The position numbers and the translations under genes were made by a program. From assembly GCA_015664425.1 (NCBI GenBank), contig DQQH01000258.1, positions 9,359 to 73,358 of the forward strand: a stretch of 64,000 bases of DNA. Direction: 5' to 3'. The DNA is from Planctomycetota bacterium. GTDB taxonomy: Bacteria > Planctomycetota > UBA8108 > UBA1146. The notes below the pieces were generated by a model. That model was given only the letters and a program-made list of their open reading frames with translations, ran no database searches and was not told the DNA's origin. Shown piece by piece: positions 8,172-18,107 of the stretch. How positions within the stretch are numbered: position 1 is the first letter of the stretch; every line of letters begins with the position of its first letter.

Positions 8172-11054
8172 ATGAGCGTTGAACCCAATCCCGGAGATAA
8201 CCTCTGGGAATCGATGGGCAAGGTCGGGTTCAGGAGCGGTCCCGACGCGGCTTCTTCCGGGCCAGATCTCGAGATTCTCCCCGACGGCGGGTCCCTCGAG
8301 GGCCATCCCTACCGCAGTTTTCTCCATCGCCTTGAACGGCCGGCGAGATACACGGGGGGAGAGCTCGGAGCGGTCGAGAAGGACCGCGCCGATCTCTCGT
8401 TCCTGCTGGCGTTCCCGGACGTCTACGAGATTGGCATGAGCCACCTCGGGTTCAAGATCCTCTATAGCCATCTCAACCAGGCCGAGGGGGTTCGGGCAGA
8501 ACGGATGTATGCTCCCTGGCTCGATCTCGAGCAGGAACTCCGTTCGCGCCAATTGCCCCTCGTCAGCCTCGAGAGCTGGAGCCCGATGACAGCCTTCGAT
8601 GTGGTCGGTTTTTCCCTCCAGTACGAGCTCACCTTCACCAACGTGCTGACGATGCTTGACCTCGGCGGAGTCCCCCTCAGGAGCGCTGACCGCGATGAAG
8701 ATGCCCCGCTTGTGATGGCTGGCGGGCCATCAGCATTCCAGCCGGAGCCGATCGCTCCCTTCATCGACGCCTTCCTCATCGGCGATGGAGAGGGGTATTT
8801 CCTGGAGACGGTCCGGGAGTGGAAGCGCCTCGAGAATGAAGGTCTGTCACGTCGGGAACGCCTCATCGCCATCAGCCAGCTCGATGGTATTTACGTCCCG
8901 GCTCTCTACAGTCTGCGCCTCGAAGAGCTCACCGGCGTGCAGGTGGTCGACCGTCCCGTCGATGAGAGAGTGCCGGAGAGGATCGCGAGAGCTCATGTTG
9001 CCGACATCAACGATTTCCCTTTCCCCACCGATGGTCCCGTCCCCAACACCGAAGTCGTCTTCGACCGCTCCTCGATAGAGATTGCACGGGGTTGCACCGA
9101 GGGCTGCCGCTTCTGTCAGGCGGGAATGATCTATCGGCCGGTCCGGGAACGGAATCCCGAGGATATCAAGACGGCAGTGCGCGACTCGCTCAAGTGCGGA
9201 GGCTTCGATGAGGTCTCATTGACCAGCCTCTCGACAGCAGACTACTCGGCGATCCAGCCGCTGGTGAGCGACATCATGCCGGAATTGAGGGACCAGCGCG
9301 TGGCGCTATCGGTCTCTTCTCTCCGGGCCTACGGTCTCACCGATAAGATGCTCGATGAGATGGCTTCGGTCAGGAACACGTCTCTCACCTTCGCACCGGA
9401 GGCGGGAACTCAGCGGATGAGAGACGTCGTCAACAAGAACATCTCGGAGGAGGATATCGCCAAGAGCGCCCACCGCATCTTCTCGCGCGGTTGGCGGAAG
9501 ATGAAACTCTACTTCATGATCGGTCTGCCGTCAGAAACGGATGAAGATGTCATCGGAATTGCCGATCTCGGCAAGCGGATGCTCGACATCGCTCTCGAAT
9601 ACCTTCCCCGCGGCAGAGCGAAGGTGACCATCTCCGTTTCCAGCCACGTCCCCAAACCATTCACGCCCTTCCAGTGGGCAGCTCAGGACAACAGCGAGGA
9701 GATCGAACGCAAGCACGACATCCTCCGCCGCACGACGCGAGTCAAGGGGTTGGAACTGCGCTGGCACGATCCGAACACCTCCTTCCTCGAAGGGGTTCTC
9801 GGGCGAGGTGACAGGGTCCTCGCCGATGTGATCGAACTGGCCTGGAGAAAAGGGTGTCGATTCGATGGGTGGTCCGATCGCCTTCGTTTCGAACTCTGGC
9901 TCGAGGCGCTCGAGGAGTGCGGTATCGAGTACGAAAAATACCTTGGAACCATCCCGGTCGATGCGAGGCTTCCATGGGACCACATCGACTGCGGAGTGGA
10001 GATGGGTTTCCTTCTCAAGGAGTACCGCAGGTCACTCAAGGATCGCACCAGCCCTCCCTGCGGAAAGCCGTTCAGAAAACTGACCCACCACACCACGCTG
10101 GAGGACGCTCTCGAGGAGAAGAAGCGTCTCGTATGCTTCGACTGCGGAATCTCTTGCGACATGACCCGGATGAAAGAGGAACGCATCGGTTTCCTCGAAA
10201 AACTCGGGTCCCATCGCTCGGGGGATCGATCCAGGACGATTACCGAGGATACCCTCGACGATGTCCGCGCGGCTGGCCACAACCGCCGGAACGAGAGAGG
10301 GACCGGAGGCAAAGCGGTTCCCTCCCACGTGGACTTCCAGGATCGTCCCTACTTCAGGTACCGCCTGAGGTTCGCAAAGTTCGGGCAGGGGCGATTCATC
10401 AGCCATCTCGACCTCAACCGGATGGTGCCTCGAGCCCTCAGGCGAGCGGGGTTCGCCCCCGCATACTCCCAGGGGTTTCATCCGATTCCCAAGCTCTCCT
10501 TCGGTCCTCCCTTAAAACTTGGGCTGGCCGGATTCTCCGAAATGGTCGAGGTCAGAATCCACGATCAGGTCGATCCATCCCAGCTGGTCGAGGCGCTCAA
10601 CAGAAATCTACCCGAAGGAATCCTGATCCGTGGAGCGCACTCTGTCGGTGAGGCGGCGCCGAAACTCTCCCGCATCACCTCGTGGGCGGACTACCTCGCC
10701 TTCATTCCCGCAGACCTCGCTTCACGGATCGGCGACGATGCTCTCGGGGAGTTGCTTGCTCTCGGGGAGATCTTGATCGAGAGAACCGACAAGAAGGGAC
10801 GACTGAAAAAGGTCGATTTACGTCCAGGTATTTCGGAAATTCGCTGGCTCGACGGTATGCCTGCAGATCTCGAAGACCTCGCCGAACTGGGGAAAGATCG
10901 AAGGTTGTTGCAACTTCGCCTGGCCCTGGAGGGAATGCTGCTGGCGCGACCACAAGAGGTGCTGGCTCTTTTCCTCGACGCCCCCCTCTGCGAGGGGATA
11001 GAAATCGTAAGGCGAAGGCTGATGCCCGCTCCTGCTGCTATCGAGGTGACCTAG
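8172..11054 (+). CDS. Radical SAM protein (B12-binding-like N-domain, TIGR03960-like) fused to a DUF2344/TIGR03936-like C-terminal domain
   Basis: ERPARYTGGELGAV near the N-terminus, a CxxxCxxC cluster (GCTEGCRFCQAG), and a C-terminal RYRLRFAKFGQGRFISHLDLNRMVPRALRRAGFAPAYSQGFHPIPKLSF. The ATG at 8172 was chosen over the upstream alternative start at 8049. Confidence 0.75.
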   Translation: MSVEPNPGDNLWESMGKVGFRSGPDAASSGPDLEILPDGGSLEGHPYRSFLHRLERPARYTGGELGAVEKDRADLSFLLAFPDVYEIGMSHLGFKILYSHLNQAEGVRAERMYAPWLDLEQELRSRQLPLVSLESWSPMTAFDVVGFSLQYELTFTNVLTMLDLGGVPLRSADRDEDAPLVMAGGPSAFQPEPIAPFIDAFLIGDGEGYFLETVREWKRLENEGLSRRERLIAISQLDGIYVPALYSLRLEELTGVQVVDRPVDERVPERIARAHVADINDFPFPTDGPVPNTEVVFDRSSIEIARGCTEGCRFCQAGMIYRPVRERNPEDIKTAVRDSLKCGGFDEVSLTSLSTADYSAIQPLVSDIMPELRDQRVALSVSSLRAYGLTDKMLDEMASVRNTSLTFAPEAGTQRMRDVVNKNISEEDIAKSAHRIFSRGWRKMKLYFMIGLPSETDEDVIGIADLGKRMLDIALEYLPRGRAKVTISVSSHVPKPFTPFQWAAQDNSEEIERKHDILRRTTRVKGLELRWHDPNTSFLEGVLGRGDRVLADVIELAWRKGCRFDGWSDRLRFELWLEALEECGIEYEKYLGTIPVDARLPWDHIDCGVEMGFLLKEYRRSLKDRTSPPCGKPFRKLTHHTTLEDALEEKKRLVCFDCGISCDMTRMKEERIGFLEKLGSHRSGDRSRTITEDTLDDVRAAGHNRRNERGTGGKAVPSHVDFQDRPYFRYRLRFAKFGQGRFISHLDLNRMVPRALRRAGFAPAYSQGFHPIPKLSFGPPLKLGLAGFSEMVEVRIHDQVDPSQLVEALNRNLPEGILIRGAHSVGEAAPKLSRITSWADYLAFIPADLASRIGDDALGELLALGEILIERTDKKGRLKKVDLRPGISEIRWLDGMPADLEDLAELGKDRRLLQLRLALEGMLLARPQEVLALFLDAPLCEGIEIVRRRLMPAPAAIEVT

Positions 11055-11077
11055 AGGCCCGAATCTACAGGAGGATA

Positions 11078-11314
11078 TTACCCGCAATCATTTCCGATCG
11101 CTTCGACGGGACATTCCTCCATCGCCTGTTCGCAGAGCTCTTCTTCCTCAGGATTTTTGGGCTGCTTGAAAACGTATGAATAACCCTCGTCCTCGTTCGC
11201 TCGGAAATTGTCGGGCGCGGTCGTGCGACAGAGGTCGCAATCGATGCATTCATGGTCCACGTACCATTTACCCTCGACATTTGATTCGACCTTGTTTTCA
11301 GGATCAGCCATCAT
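11078..11314 (-). CDS. Small ferredoxin (78 aa)
   Basis: CIDCDLC...CPVEAI motif. The internal ATGATG start at 11314 was chosen; the 205-aa ORF upstream of it has no coding character. Confidence 0.7.
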   Translation of the reverse strand: MMADPENKVESNVEGKWYVDHECIDCDLCRTTAPDNFRANEDEGYSYVFKQPKNPEEEELCEQAMEECPVEAIGNDCG

Positions 11315-11567
11315 GATTCTCCCGGAGTTGTCGACAGTCCGTGGCCCTCTCTGCAGCGATCTCTCCTCGCGGGCGATTGCCAGGAGGTCCGAGATAGAGA
11401 ACCAGGTGGTCGAGAGTATAGAGGGGGATGACCATCTGGCAAGGGCTGCAAGGAAGGGAATCGGTTCCCATCGGTTGGTCTCGGTGGCGGACAGTTCCTC
11501 CCTTGGGTATCTTCGCACCTCGCGCTCGAATTGGGACCGGTTCAAAGGTCGATAGAGAAGGACTCCG

Positions 11568-12398
11568 ATGAAGGTCACCATCGCACATAGCCCCGATTCC
11601 GATGACGCGTTCATGCACTTCGCCATCGGCGAGGGAAAAATCGATACCGGCGAATACCAGTTCGAACATCTGCTGAAGGACATCGAATCCCTCAACCTCG
11701 CGGCTCGGGAGGGAATCTACGAGGTCACTGCGATCTCGATTCATGCTTATGCCCATCTTGCCGACCGTTACGCGCTTCTCAACCACGGAGCGAGTATGGG
11801 TGAGGGGTACGGCCCCGTGGTGGTGGCGTCTCGACCCTTGACTCGCGATGATCTCGAGGGGCGAACGATTGCCATCCCCGGGGAGTGGACCAGCGCTGCC
11901 CTGTGCCTGAAGTTGTGGCTTCCGGAGGCGAAGACGATTCCTGTTGCCTTCGATGAGATCATTCCGACGATTCAGCGGGGGGACGTCGATGCTGGGGTGA
12001 TCATCCACGAGAGCCAGCTCACCTACGGAGATGAGGGCATGCACGCGATCGTTGACCTGGGAGTCTGGTGGGCAGAGGGGAACGAGGGCCTACCTCTCCC
12101 CCTGGGAGGAAATGCGATCCGTCGCGATCTCGGGGAGCACCACATCGGTAACATCTCGAGGATTTTGCGCGAGTCGATCGTCTATGCCCTCGAGCATCGG
12201 GATGAAGCCCTCGAGTACGCAGAGTGTTTCAACCGTGGGCTCACCCGGGAGCAGACGGATCGTTTCGTTGGCATGTATGTGAACCGACGGACCCTCGACT
12301 ATCGGGAAGACGGTCGCGAGGCTGTGCGTCGTTTCCTTCGCCTAGGTGTTGCCCAGGGACTGGTCCCGGAAGTGGCGGCACCGGAGTTCATCGACTAG
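11568..12398 (+). CDS. MqnA/MqnD-family (futalosine-pathway menaquinone biosynthesis-like, periplasmic-binding-fold) protein
   Basis: N-terminal IAHSPDSDDAFMHFAI...LKDIESLN...YEVTAISIHAY...LLNHGASMGEGYGPVVVA matches my recollection of the PF02621 pattern. Confidence 0.55.
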   Translation: MKVTIAHSPDSDDAFMHFAIGEGKIDTGEYQFEHLLKDIESLNLAAREGIYEVTAISIHAYAHLADRYALLNHGASMGEGYGPVVVASRPLTRDDLEGRTIAIPGEWTSAALCLKLWLPEAKTIPVAFDEIIPTIQRGDVDAGVIIHESQLTYGDEGMHAIVDLGVWWAEGNEGLPLPLGGNAIRRDLGEHHIGNISRILRESIVYALEHRDEALEYAECFNRGLTREQTDRFVGMYVNRRTLDYREDGREAVRRFLRLGVAQGLVPEVAAPEFID

Positions 12399-12424
12399 CA
12401 CGTCCCTTGTGCTGGAGAGGCCCG

Positions 12425-13792
12425 ATGGCTGAGAGTGAGCCTCCCCCGACCGGCTGCACGACCACCTTCTGGGGGTGGGGTGGAGTCTCCCGTGGGGAGA
12501 GTTTCTTTCATGACCAGCTGGCAGCGGAAGTCCTCTGCCAGCTGGTGAGGGAAGTGCCCACTGCCAGTTGGTTGCCGCGAGGCGCAGGGTGTAGTTACGG
12601 CGATGCAGCCCTCAACAGTTCCGGCACCCTCCTTCGTCTCCTGGGCAGCGAGAGAATCGAACTCGACAGCGATGCCGGGCAGGTTCGCGTCGGGGCGGGA
12701 ATGCGCCTCGGAGATCTCCTTTCCCGGTTGGTCCCCCTCGGCTGGTGGGTCGGAGGGGTTCCCGGGTTTCTCGACGTCACAGTCGGCGGGATCGCTGCCG
12801 CCGACGCCCACGGCAAGGATCATCTCGGTTCCGGTTCCTTCGGTGACCAGATCGAGGAGATCGATCTGGTCACCGCCGATGGCTCCCGGAGTCGAATCAG
12901 TCGAAATCGCGATGGCGAGCTCTTCGCTGCGACGATCGGCGGGATGGGGCTCACTGGCCAGATCACCCGGCTTCTCCTGCGCCTCCAGAAGTTGCCTTCT
13001 GCCTGGATGGTGCAGACGAAGAGGAGGACGGAGACCCTGACGGAGACCTTCGACAGGCTCGAAGAGATGCTCGCTGAACACAGCCATGTCGCCGCGTGGA
13101 TCGATGGGATGGAGAGGGGTAAAAATCTCGGAAGGGGGGTCGTCTCCGGGGCCAATTTTGCAGAACGGTCGCTGCTCTCCTCGATCGGTTCAGCACGCCA
13201 TTTCAGGTGGCAGCCGACTCGACCGTTCCCGCTGGTCCCCGCCCTCTCGAGTGTGTTCACGGCACGAACGGTCCGCTGTTTCAATTCCCTCAGATGGAGT
13301 TTCTCTCCATCCGAAAAGAGAGAGGGTCTCCGCCCCATCGCCCAGGCTCTCTTCCCTCTCGAGTCCCTCAAGAGATGGAACCGACTCTACGGAGAGGCGG
13401 GCTTGTTCCAGCACCAGTGTGTTTTACCGAGGGAGGTCGCCCCAGAGGGGGTCGAGGAGATCCTGCGCACCCTTCATGAGAGCAAAAACCCGCCTTTCCT
13501 GGTGGTTCTGAAGCGTCTTGGTACCGGCACCTTCCCCCTCTCCTTCCCCCTCGATGGCTGGACTCTCAGCTGTGATCTTGCCGCCTCTCCTTCGAGCGAG
13601 GCAGTGCTCCGAGTTCTCGATGAAAGGGTTGCCGCCCTGGGAGGAAGGGTCTATCTCGCCAAGGACTCGACACTGACTCCCGCACTTCTGGAGAGGATGT
13701 ACCCTCGCCTCGGAGAGTTGCGTGAGGTCAGGAGAAGGGTCGATCCCGAGGGGAGGCTCGCCAGCGACCTCTCCCGCAGGCTGCGAATCTGA
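12425..13792 (+). CDS. FAD-binding oxidoreductase, DprE1-like
   Basis: RGAGCSYGDAALN and GGVPGFLDVTVGGIAAADAHGKDH are FAD_binding_4-type motifs. The ATG at 12425 was chosen because the ORF 5' extension overlaps the upstream gene. Confidence 0.6.
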   Translation: MAESEPPPTGCTTTFWGWGGVSRGESFFHDQLAAEVLCQLVREVPTASWLPRGAGCSYGDAALNSSGTLLRLLGSERIELDSDAGQVRVGAGMRLGDLLSRLVPLGWWVGGVPGFLDVTVGGIAAADAHGKDHLGSGSFGDQIEEIDLVTADGSRSRISRNRDGELFAATIGGMGLTGQITRLLLRLQKLPSAWMVQTKRRTETLTETFDRLEEMLAEHSHVAAWIDGMERGKNLGRGVVSGANFAERSLLSSIGSARHFRWQPTRPFPLVPALSSVFTARTVRCFNSLRWSFSPSEKREGLRPIAQALFPLESLKRWNRLYGEAGLFQHQCVLPREVAPEGVEEILRTLHESKNPPFLVVLKRLGTGTFPLSFPLDGWTLSCDLAASPSSEAVLRVLDERVAALGGRVYLAKDSTLTPALLERMYPRLGELREVRRRVDPEGRLASDLSRRLRI

Positions 13793-13817
13793 GGTCGAAA
13801 CAGCCGAACCCCCGGGG

Positions 13818-14621
13818 TCAGAAAGTCACCGAGACTCCGAAGAAATGACCGTCGAGGTCGAGGTCGACCCTTGCCGGGGAGTTTTCGACCACCCCATCGA
13901 AGAACAGACCGATGCGCCGCGTGCCGATGATGAGTTCGCTGTTTTCGTTGATGCTCCATTGGGCGGTGAGTTCCACGTCGACCAAGCCGATCTCGTAGTC
14001 GGTCACGCTGTCGAGAACGGGAATGGAGACCTCTGCCCCGACTCGGGTTCCCAGCGGCAGATCGATGTCTCCCCTGGCTCCGATGACAGGAACGGGCAGC
14101 AACTCATCAAGTTCACGAAACGCATCGGATCCGGTGGTGTCATCGACGCGCAGATTGACGAGGAAGGTGTTCAACCCAACGACGACCGCAACGCGGACAT
14201 GTTCGCTGCTGAGGAGATCGAAGCCGAGTGTTCCCCGGATGCTTCTGAGGTCGAGATCCGAAGCGATATCCCCGGTGAACTCTGTTCCCAGGAAATTTCC
14301 GGTGAAGGAGCCCGGGGAACTGGTGTTGTAGTCGAAGGCGGTCAGGCGCAATTCGAGTGGCGCGATTCCAGCGGAGAATTTCAGGTAGGGGAGGTTCTTG
14401 TTGCCCGTAATCCCACCTTCATTTCCGAAGTGGAAAACACTGCTGATGGGCAAAGTGGAAGTGGCCTCGGTGTCGGCAGTTCCCTCGAAGTTGAAGTGGG
14501 AGTGGACAACGGCTGCCTCGGCGTGGAGCCCGATCCAGGGGGAGTCGCCAGGTAGGCTGCAGGAGCAACAGAGGAACGGCAGGAAGATGATCGCCAGCAG
14601 CGGAAAACGCCTGGTTTTCAT
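13818..14621 (-). CDS. Putative outer-membrane beta-barrel/lipoprotein (hypothetical)
   Basis: Signal peptide MKTRRFPLLAIIFLPFLCCSC, alternating beta-strand-like sequence, and a C-terminal ...GVSVTF aromatic end. Confidence 0.5.
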   Translation of the reverse strand: MKTRRFPLLAIIFLPFLCCSCSLPGDSPWIGLHAEAAVVHSHFNFEGTADTEATSTLPISSVFHFGNEGGITGNKNLPYLKFSAGIAPLELRLTAFDYNTSSPGSFTGNFLGTEFTGDIASDLDLRSIRGTLGFDLLSSEHVRVAVVVGLNTFLVNLRVDDTTGSDAFRELDELLPVPVIGARGDIDLPLGTRVGAEVSIPVLDSVTDYEIGLVDVELTAQWSINENSELIIGTRRIGLFFDGVVENSPARVDLDLDGHFFGVSVTF

Positions 14622-14770
14622 CGAACCTCCCGGGTGTTGGATCGCGAATCGAGGGAGCGCTCCTTCTAACCCAGGGAAGCGCCAAACGCCACCTCCCAGG
14701 GTGCTGGGCGGTGGCCTCGAGAACGCCAAGGGGCTAGGATGAGTGGATACCAAGGGGAGGATCGCCGTCG

Positions 14771-17700
14771 ATGATTCAACAGGCTGAATTCGGGCCCGCC
14801 AGCCTGTGGGCAGGCCTCCTTATCCTCAACTTCCTGGTCACGCCGAACTCGATCGATGCTGGCGAGGAACAATACGAACAATTCGAGCGCGAAGTGCGCC
14901 CCCTCTTCGTCGAGCATTGTTACCGCTGTCACAGCCTCAGCTCCGGAAAGCAGAAGGGGGGATTGCTCCTCGATTCCCGCGATTCCCTCCGCAACGGAGG
15001 AGACAGCGGTTCTGCCATCGTCGAAGGAGACCCCGCCGCCAGTCTGCTGATCAAGGCGGTCAAGCAGTTGGACCCGGACCTGTCGATGCCTCCTGAAGCC
15101 AAACTTGCCCCATCTGAAATCGTCGCGCTGGAACGCTGGATTCTCTCCGGTGCTCCTGATCCGCGGGACGAGTCAGCGGCAGTGGTGGTGAAGAAGGAGA
15201 TCGACTGGCAAAAGGCTCGCGAGCACTGGGCTTTCCAGAAGATGGCAGACCCCCAGCCGCCGTCCCTCGCCGCCGACGAATGGTCCCGTGACGCTATCGA
15301 TCAGTTCGTTCTCGCACGGCTGAGAGAAAAGGGACTTGCTCCTGCTCCGGGTGCCAATCGGCGGACCTTGATCCGCAGGGCGACCTTTGATCTGGCGGGG
15401 CTGCCTCCAACTCCCGAGGAGATCGATCATTTCCTCGCAGATGACCAGCCTGGAGCGTTCGAGCGCATCGTCGACCGCCTGCTCGCTTCTCCCCGCTACG
15501 GCGAGCGCTGGGCGCGCCTCTGGCTCGATGTAGTCCGCTACGCAGATTCCAACGGCCTCGACGAGAACCTCGCTTATGGCAACGCCTGGAGGTACCGGGA
15601 CTACGTCATCAACGCCTTCTCCAGCGATATTCCCTTCGACCGATTGGTGCTGGAGCAACTCGCAGGAGACCTTCTGCCGGTTCCCGATGACATCGAACGC
15701 TGGAAGGGTCAGCTGATTGCGACCGGGTTTCTCGCCATGGGCCCGAAAATGCTCGCAGAACAGGACAAGGAAAAGTTAGCCATCGACATCGTCGATGAGC
15801 AACTCGACGTGACGGCGACAGCATTCCTCGGCATGACTGTCGGATGCGCTCGTTGCCATGATCACAAATATGATCCGATTCCGACCCGTGACTACTACGC
15901 TCTCGCCGGTATCTTTCGCTCTACCAGCACGATGGAGAACTTCAACCACGTCTCGCGCTGGCGGGAACTCTCCCTGGCGACGGCGGATGAGGTCGAGGTG
16001 CGCAAGAAGTGGCAAGTCGAGATCGATGTCGCCCGCAAGAGAGCCAAGGAAATCGAAGCGGACCTGGCGGCAGGACAGCTGGGGCGCTGGCGCAAGCATG
16101 CCGCTCAGGACCTGCTCGCTGCCTCGAAGGGACGCAAGAGCGCGGTTTACTTCGAGGCGGAGAGTGCAGAGAAGACAAACCTTCACATCGATTCGAGCCA
16201 CTGGGGTTCACCGGAAGTCACCATTCTTCACACCACCAAGGGGGGTGAGCAGTTTGCCCGCTGGTCGGTGGAGATCCCCCACTCGCGGCGCTGGCGCCTC
16301 GATATTCGCTATGCATCCAAGGAGAGTCGCCCGATGCGCCTGTTCATCGATGGCGAGCAGATTGGTGATCCGGTTCTGGGGTCGAAGACAGGAGATTTCT
16401 TTCCCAAGGGTCAGCGCTGGGAGCAGGTCGCGACACTCGACCTCAGCAGCGGTATCCACCAGCTGGAATTGAAGGGAACAGGGGCTTCGATACCCCATCT
16501 CGATCGCCTCCGGTTCGTCCCCGCCGGCGAGAAGGACGCCACGACCTGGCTCCCTTCTGACACCGGCTCCAGCCCGCCGGCGGTTGTGGCGGGCTGGATC
16601 GATTTCCTCGATCGATCCTCACGCCAGAAGGACCCGCTCTTTGGCACCTGGTTGCGCTTCCTGCAGCTGGAAGAGGGTGGATTCGTCGATGGGGCTCGGG
16701 AAATCTGTGACGATGTCTCCGCCGAGCTGGCGGCTGGCAGCGATGGGGTCTCTCCCCTTCTTCGGCTGGTCGTCGATGGCCTGCCTCCCGAGAGCCTGCG
16801 AGAGGCCGCGGGGCGCTTTCAGGGGGTCCTCTCTGCCCTCGACCTGGCCTCGGAGAAGCGGCCAGTTGGCAAGGATGGAAAGAAGGCAGCAACCCTTCAG
16901 GACCCCGAACTGGAACGACTGAACGGCCAATTAATCGCGCCAGGGGGTCCCTTCGGGGAACCTCTCGCCCTCGGAGAGAAGGCGATCCCGGCTGAGATGA
17001 GGCAACCGCTCGAAGAGGTGCGTGGGGAGATCACTCTTCTGGAAGAATCGGAGCCCGATCCCATCTCGACGGCGCTCGGGGTTGCCGACGGTAAGGTTGG
17101 CGACCTGCCGGTGCACATTCGTGGGAACCACTTGAACCTGGCGAAGGAAGTGACGCCGCGGGGTGTGCTCGAGATTATCTCCCACTGCGTCCCCACACCG
17201 GTCTTCGGAGGGGAGGAGAGCGGTCGACTGGAACTTGCTAGATGGATAGTTCACGAGGAGAACCCCCTGACCGCCAGAGTCATCGTCAACCGGATCTGGC
17301 AGGGCCATTTCGGCACCGGAATCGTCGAGACTCCATCGAACTTCGGATTCCGTGGTGGGACCCCCAGCCACCCGCTCCTTCTCGATCGCCTCGCTCGCGA
17401 TTTCATCTCCGATGGTTGGTCCCTCAAGAGACTGCACAGGAGGATCTTGCTCTCTGCCACGTGGCAGCAGGAGACTCGGGTGAACGAGCGCGCCAGAGAA
17501 ATCGACCCCGGGAACCGTCTCCTCTGGAGCCAGAATCGTCGTCGACTCGAGGCGGAACTGGTTCGTGACGCGCTGCTCGCCATCACTGGTGACCTCGATC
17601 TGGCGATGGGCGGCACTCTCCTGCCAACAGCCAATCGTGGCTACGTCACAAACGATCAGTCGGGAAACCAGGCCAGGTACGACGCCCCCCGAAGGGCGAT

Positions 17701-18103
17701 CTACTTGCCGATCATTCGCAACGCCATGTTCGACCTCTTCAGTTCCTTCGATTTCAATGACCCATCCGCGCCGATGGCACGTCGCCCCTCCACCATCATC
17801 GCCCACCAGGCGCTCTTCTTCCTCAACAGTCCTCTGGTCCTCAGTACCAGCGAACGTCTCGCGAAGGAATTGCTCGGCCTGGAAATTTTGGACGCAGCCG
17901 AGCGCATCGATTGGCTCTCGGAAAGATTGCTCGGGAGGCGAGCGACGGCAGAAGAAAAGCAACGGGCCGAACTGTATCTCGCGGCTGCGAGAGCGGCCCT
18001 TCTCGGTGAGGCAGGCGAAGAGGAGGAGAAAGTGGATCTCTCTCTCTGGCAGAGTTACTGCCAGGCGGTCCTCGCTTCCAATGAGTTCATCTACTTCGAC
18101 TGA
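14771..18103 (+). CDS. PSCyt/PSD-family protein (planctomycete cytochrome c domain + DUF1549 + DUF1553)
   Basis: N-terminal haem-binding CYRCH. WSRDAIDQFVLARL...PEEIDHFLAD...RLLASPRYGERWARLWLDVVRYADSNG is DUF1549-like. C-terminal ...ARWIVHEENPLTARVIVNRIWQGHFG is DUF1553-like. Confidence 0.85.
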   Translation: MIQQAEFGPASLWAGLLILNFLVTPNSIDAGEEQYEQFEREVRPLFVEHCYRCHSLSSGKQKGGLLLDSRDSLRNGGDSGSAIVEGDPAASLLIKAVKQLDPDLSMPPEAKLAPSEIVALERWILSGAPDPRDESAAVVVKKEIDWQKAREHWAFQKMADPQPPSLAADEWSRDAIDQFVLARLREKGLAPAPGANRRTLIRRATFDLAGLPPTPEEIDHFLADDQPGAFERIVDRLLASPRYGERWARLWLDVVRYADSNGLDENLAYGNAWRYRDYVINAFSSDIPFDRLVLEQLAGDLLPVPDDIERWKGQLIATGFLAMGPKMLAEQDKEKLAIDIVDEQLDVTATAFLGMTVGCARCHDHKYDPIPTRDYYALAGIFRSTSTMENFNHVSRWRELSLATADEVEVRKKWQVEIDVARKRAKEIEADLAAGQLGRWRKHAAQDLLAASKGRKSAVYFEAESAEKTNLHIDSSHWGSPEVTILHTTKGGEQFARWSVEIPHSRRWRLDIRYASKESRPMRLFIDGEQIGDPVLGSKTGDFFPKGQRWEQVATLDLSSGIHQLELKGTGASIPHLDRLRFVPAGEKDATTWLPSDTGSSPPAVVAGWIDFLDRSSRQKDPLFGTWLRFLQLEEGGFVDGAREICDDVSAELAAGSDGVSPLLRLVVDGLPPESLREAAGRFQGVLSALDLASEKRPVGKDGKKAATLQDPELERLNGQLIAPGGPFGEPLALGEKAIPAEMRQPLEEVRGEITLLEESEPDPISTALGVADGKVGDLPVHIRGNHLNLAKEVTPRGVLEIISHCVPTPVFGGEESGRLELARWIVHEENPLTARVIVNRIWQGHFGTGIVETPSNFGFRGGTPSHPLLLDRLARDFISDGWSLKRLHRRILLSATWQQETRVNERAREIDPGNRLLWSQNRRRLEAELVRDALLAITGDLDLAMGGTLLPTANRGYVTNDQSGNQARYDAPRRAIYLPIIRNAMFDLFSSFDFNDPSAPMARRPSTIIAHQALFFLNSPLVLSTSERLAKELLGLEILDAAERIDWLSERLLGRRATAEEKQRAELYLAAARAALLGEAGEEEEKVDLSLWQSYCQAVLASNEFIYFD

Positions 18104-18107
18104 TTGG

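Noticed and set aside
17565-18107. 5' extension of the DUF1501 ORF (track start 17565), which would make a 650-aa protein
   Set aside because: The extension lies inside the PSD gene in another frame and is Ser/Arg/Pro-rich. The ATG at 18108 is immediately followed by a textbook Tat signal (SRRELLRRGSAGFGMLAL).
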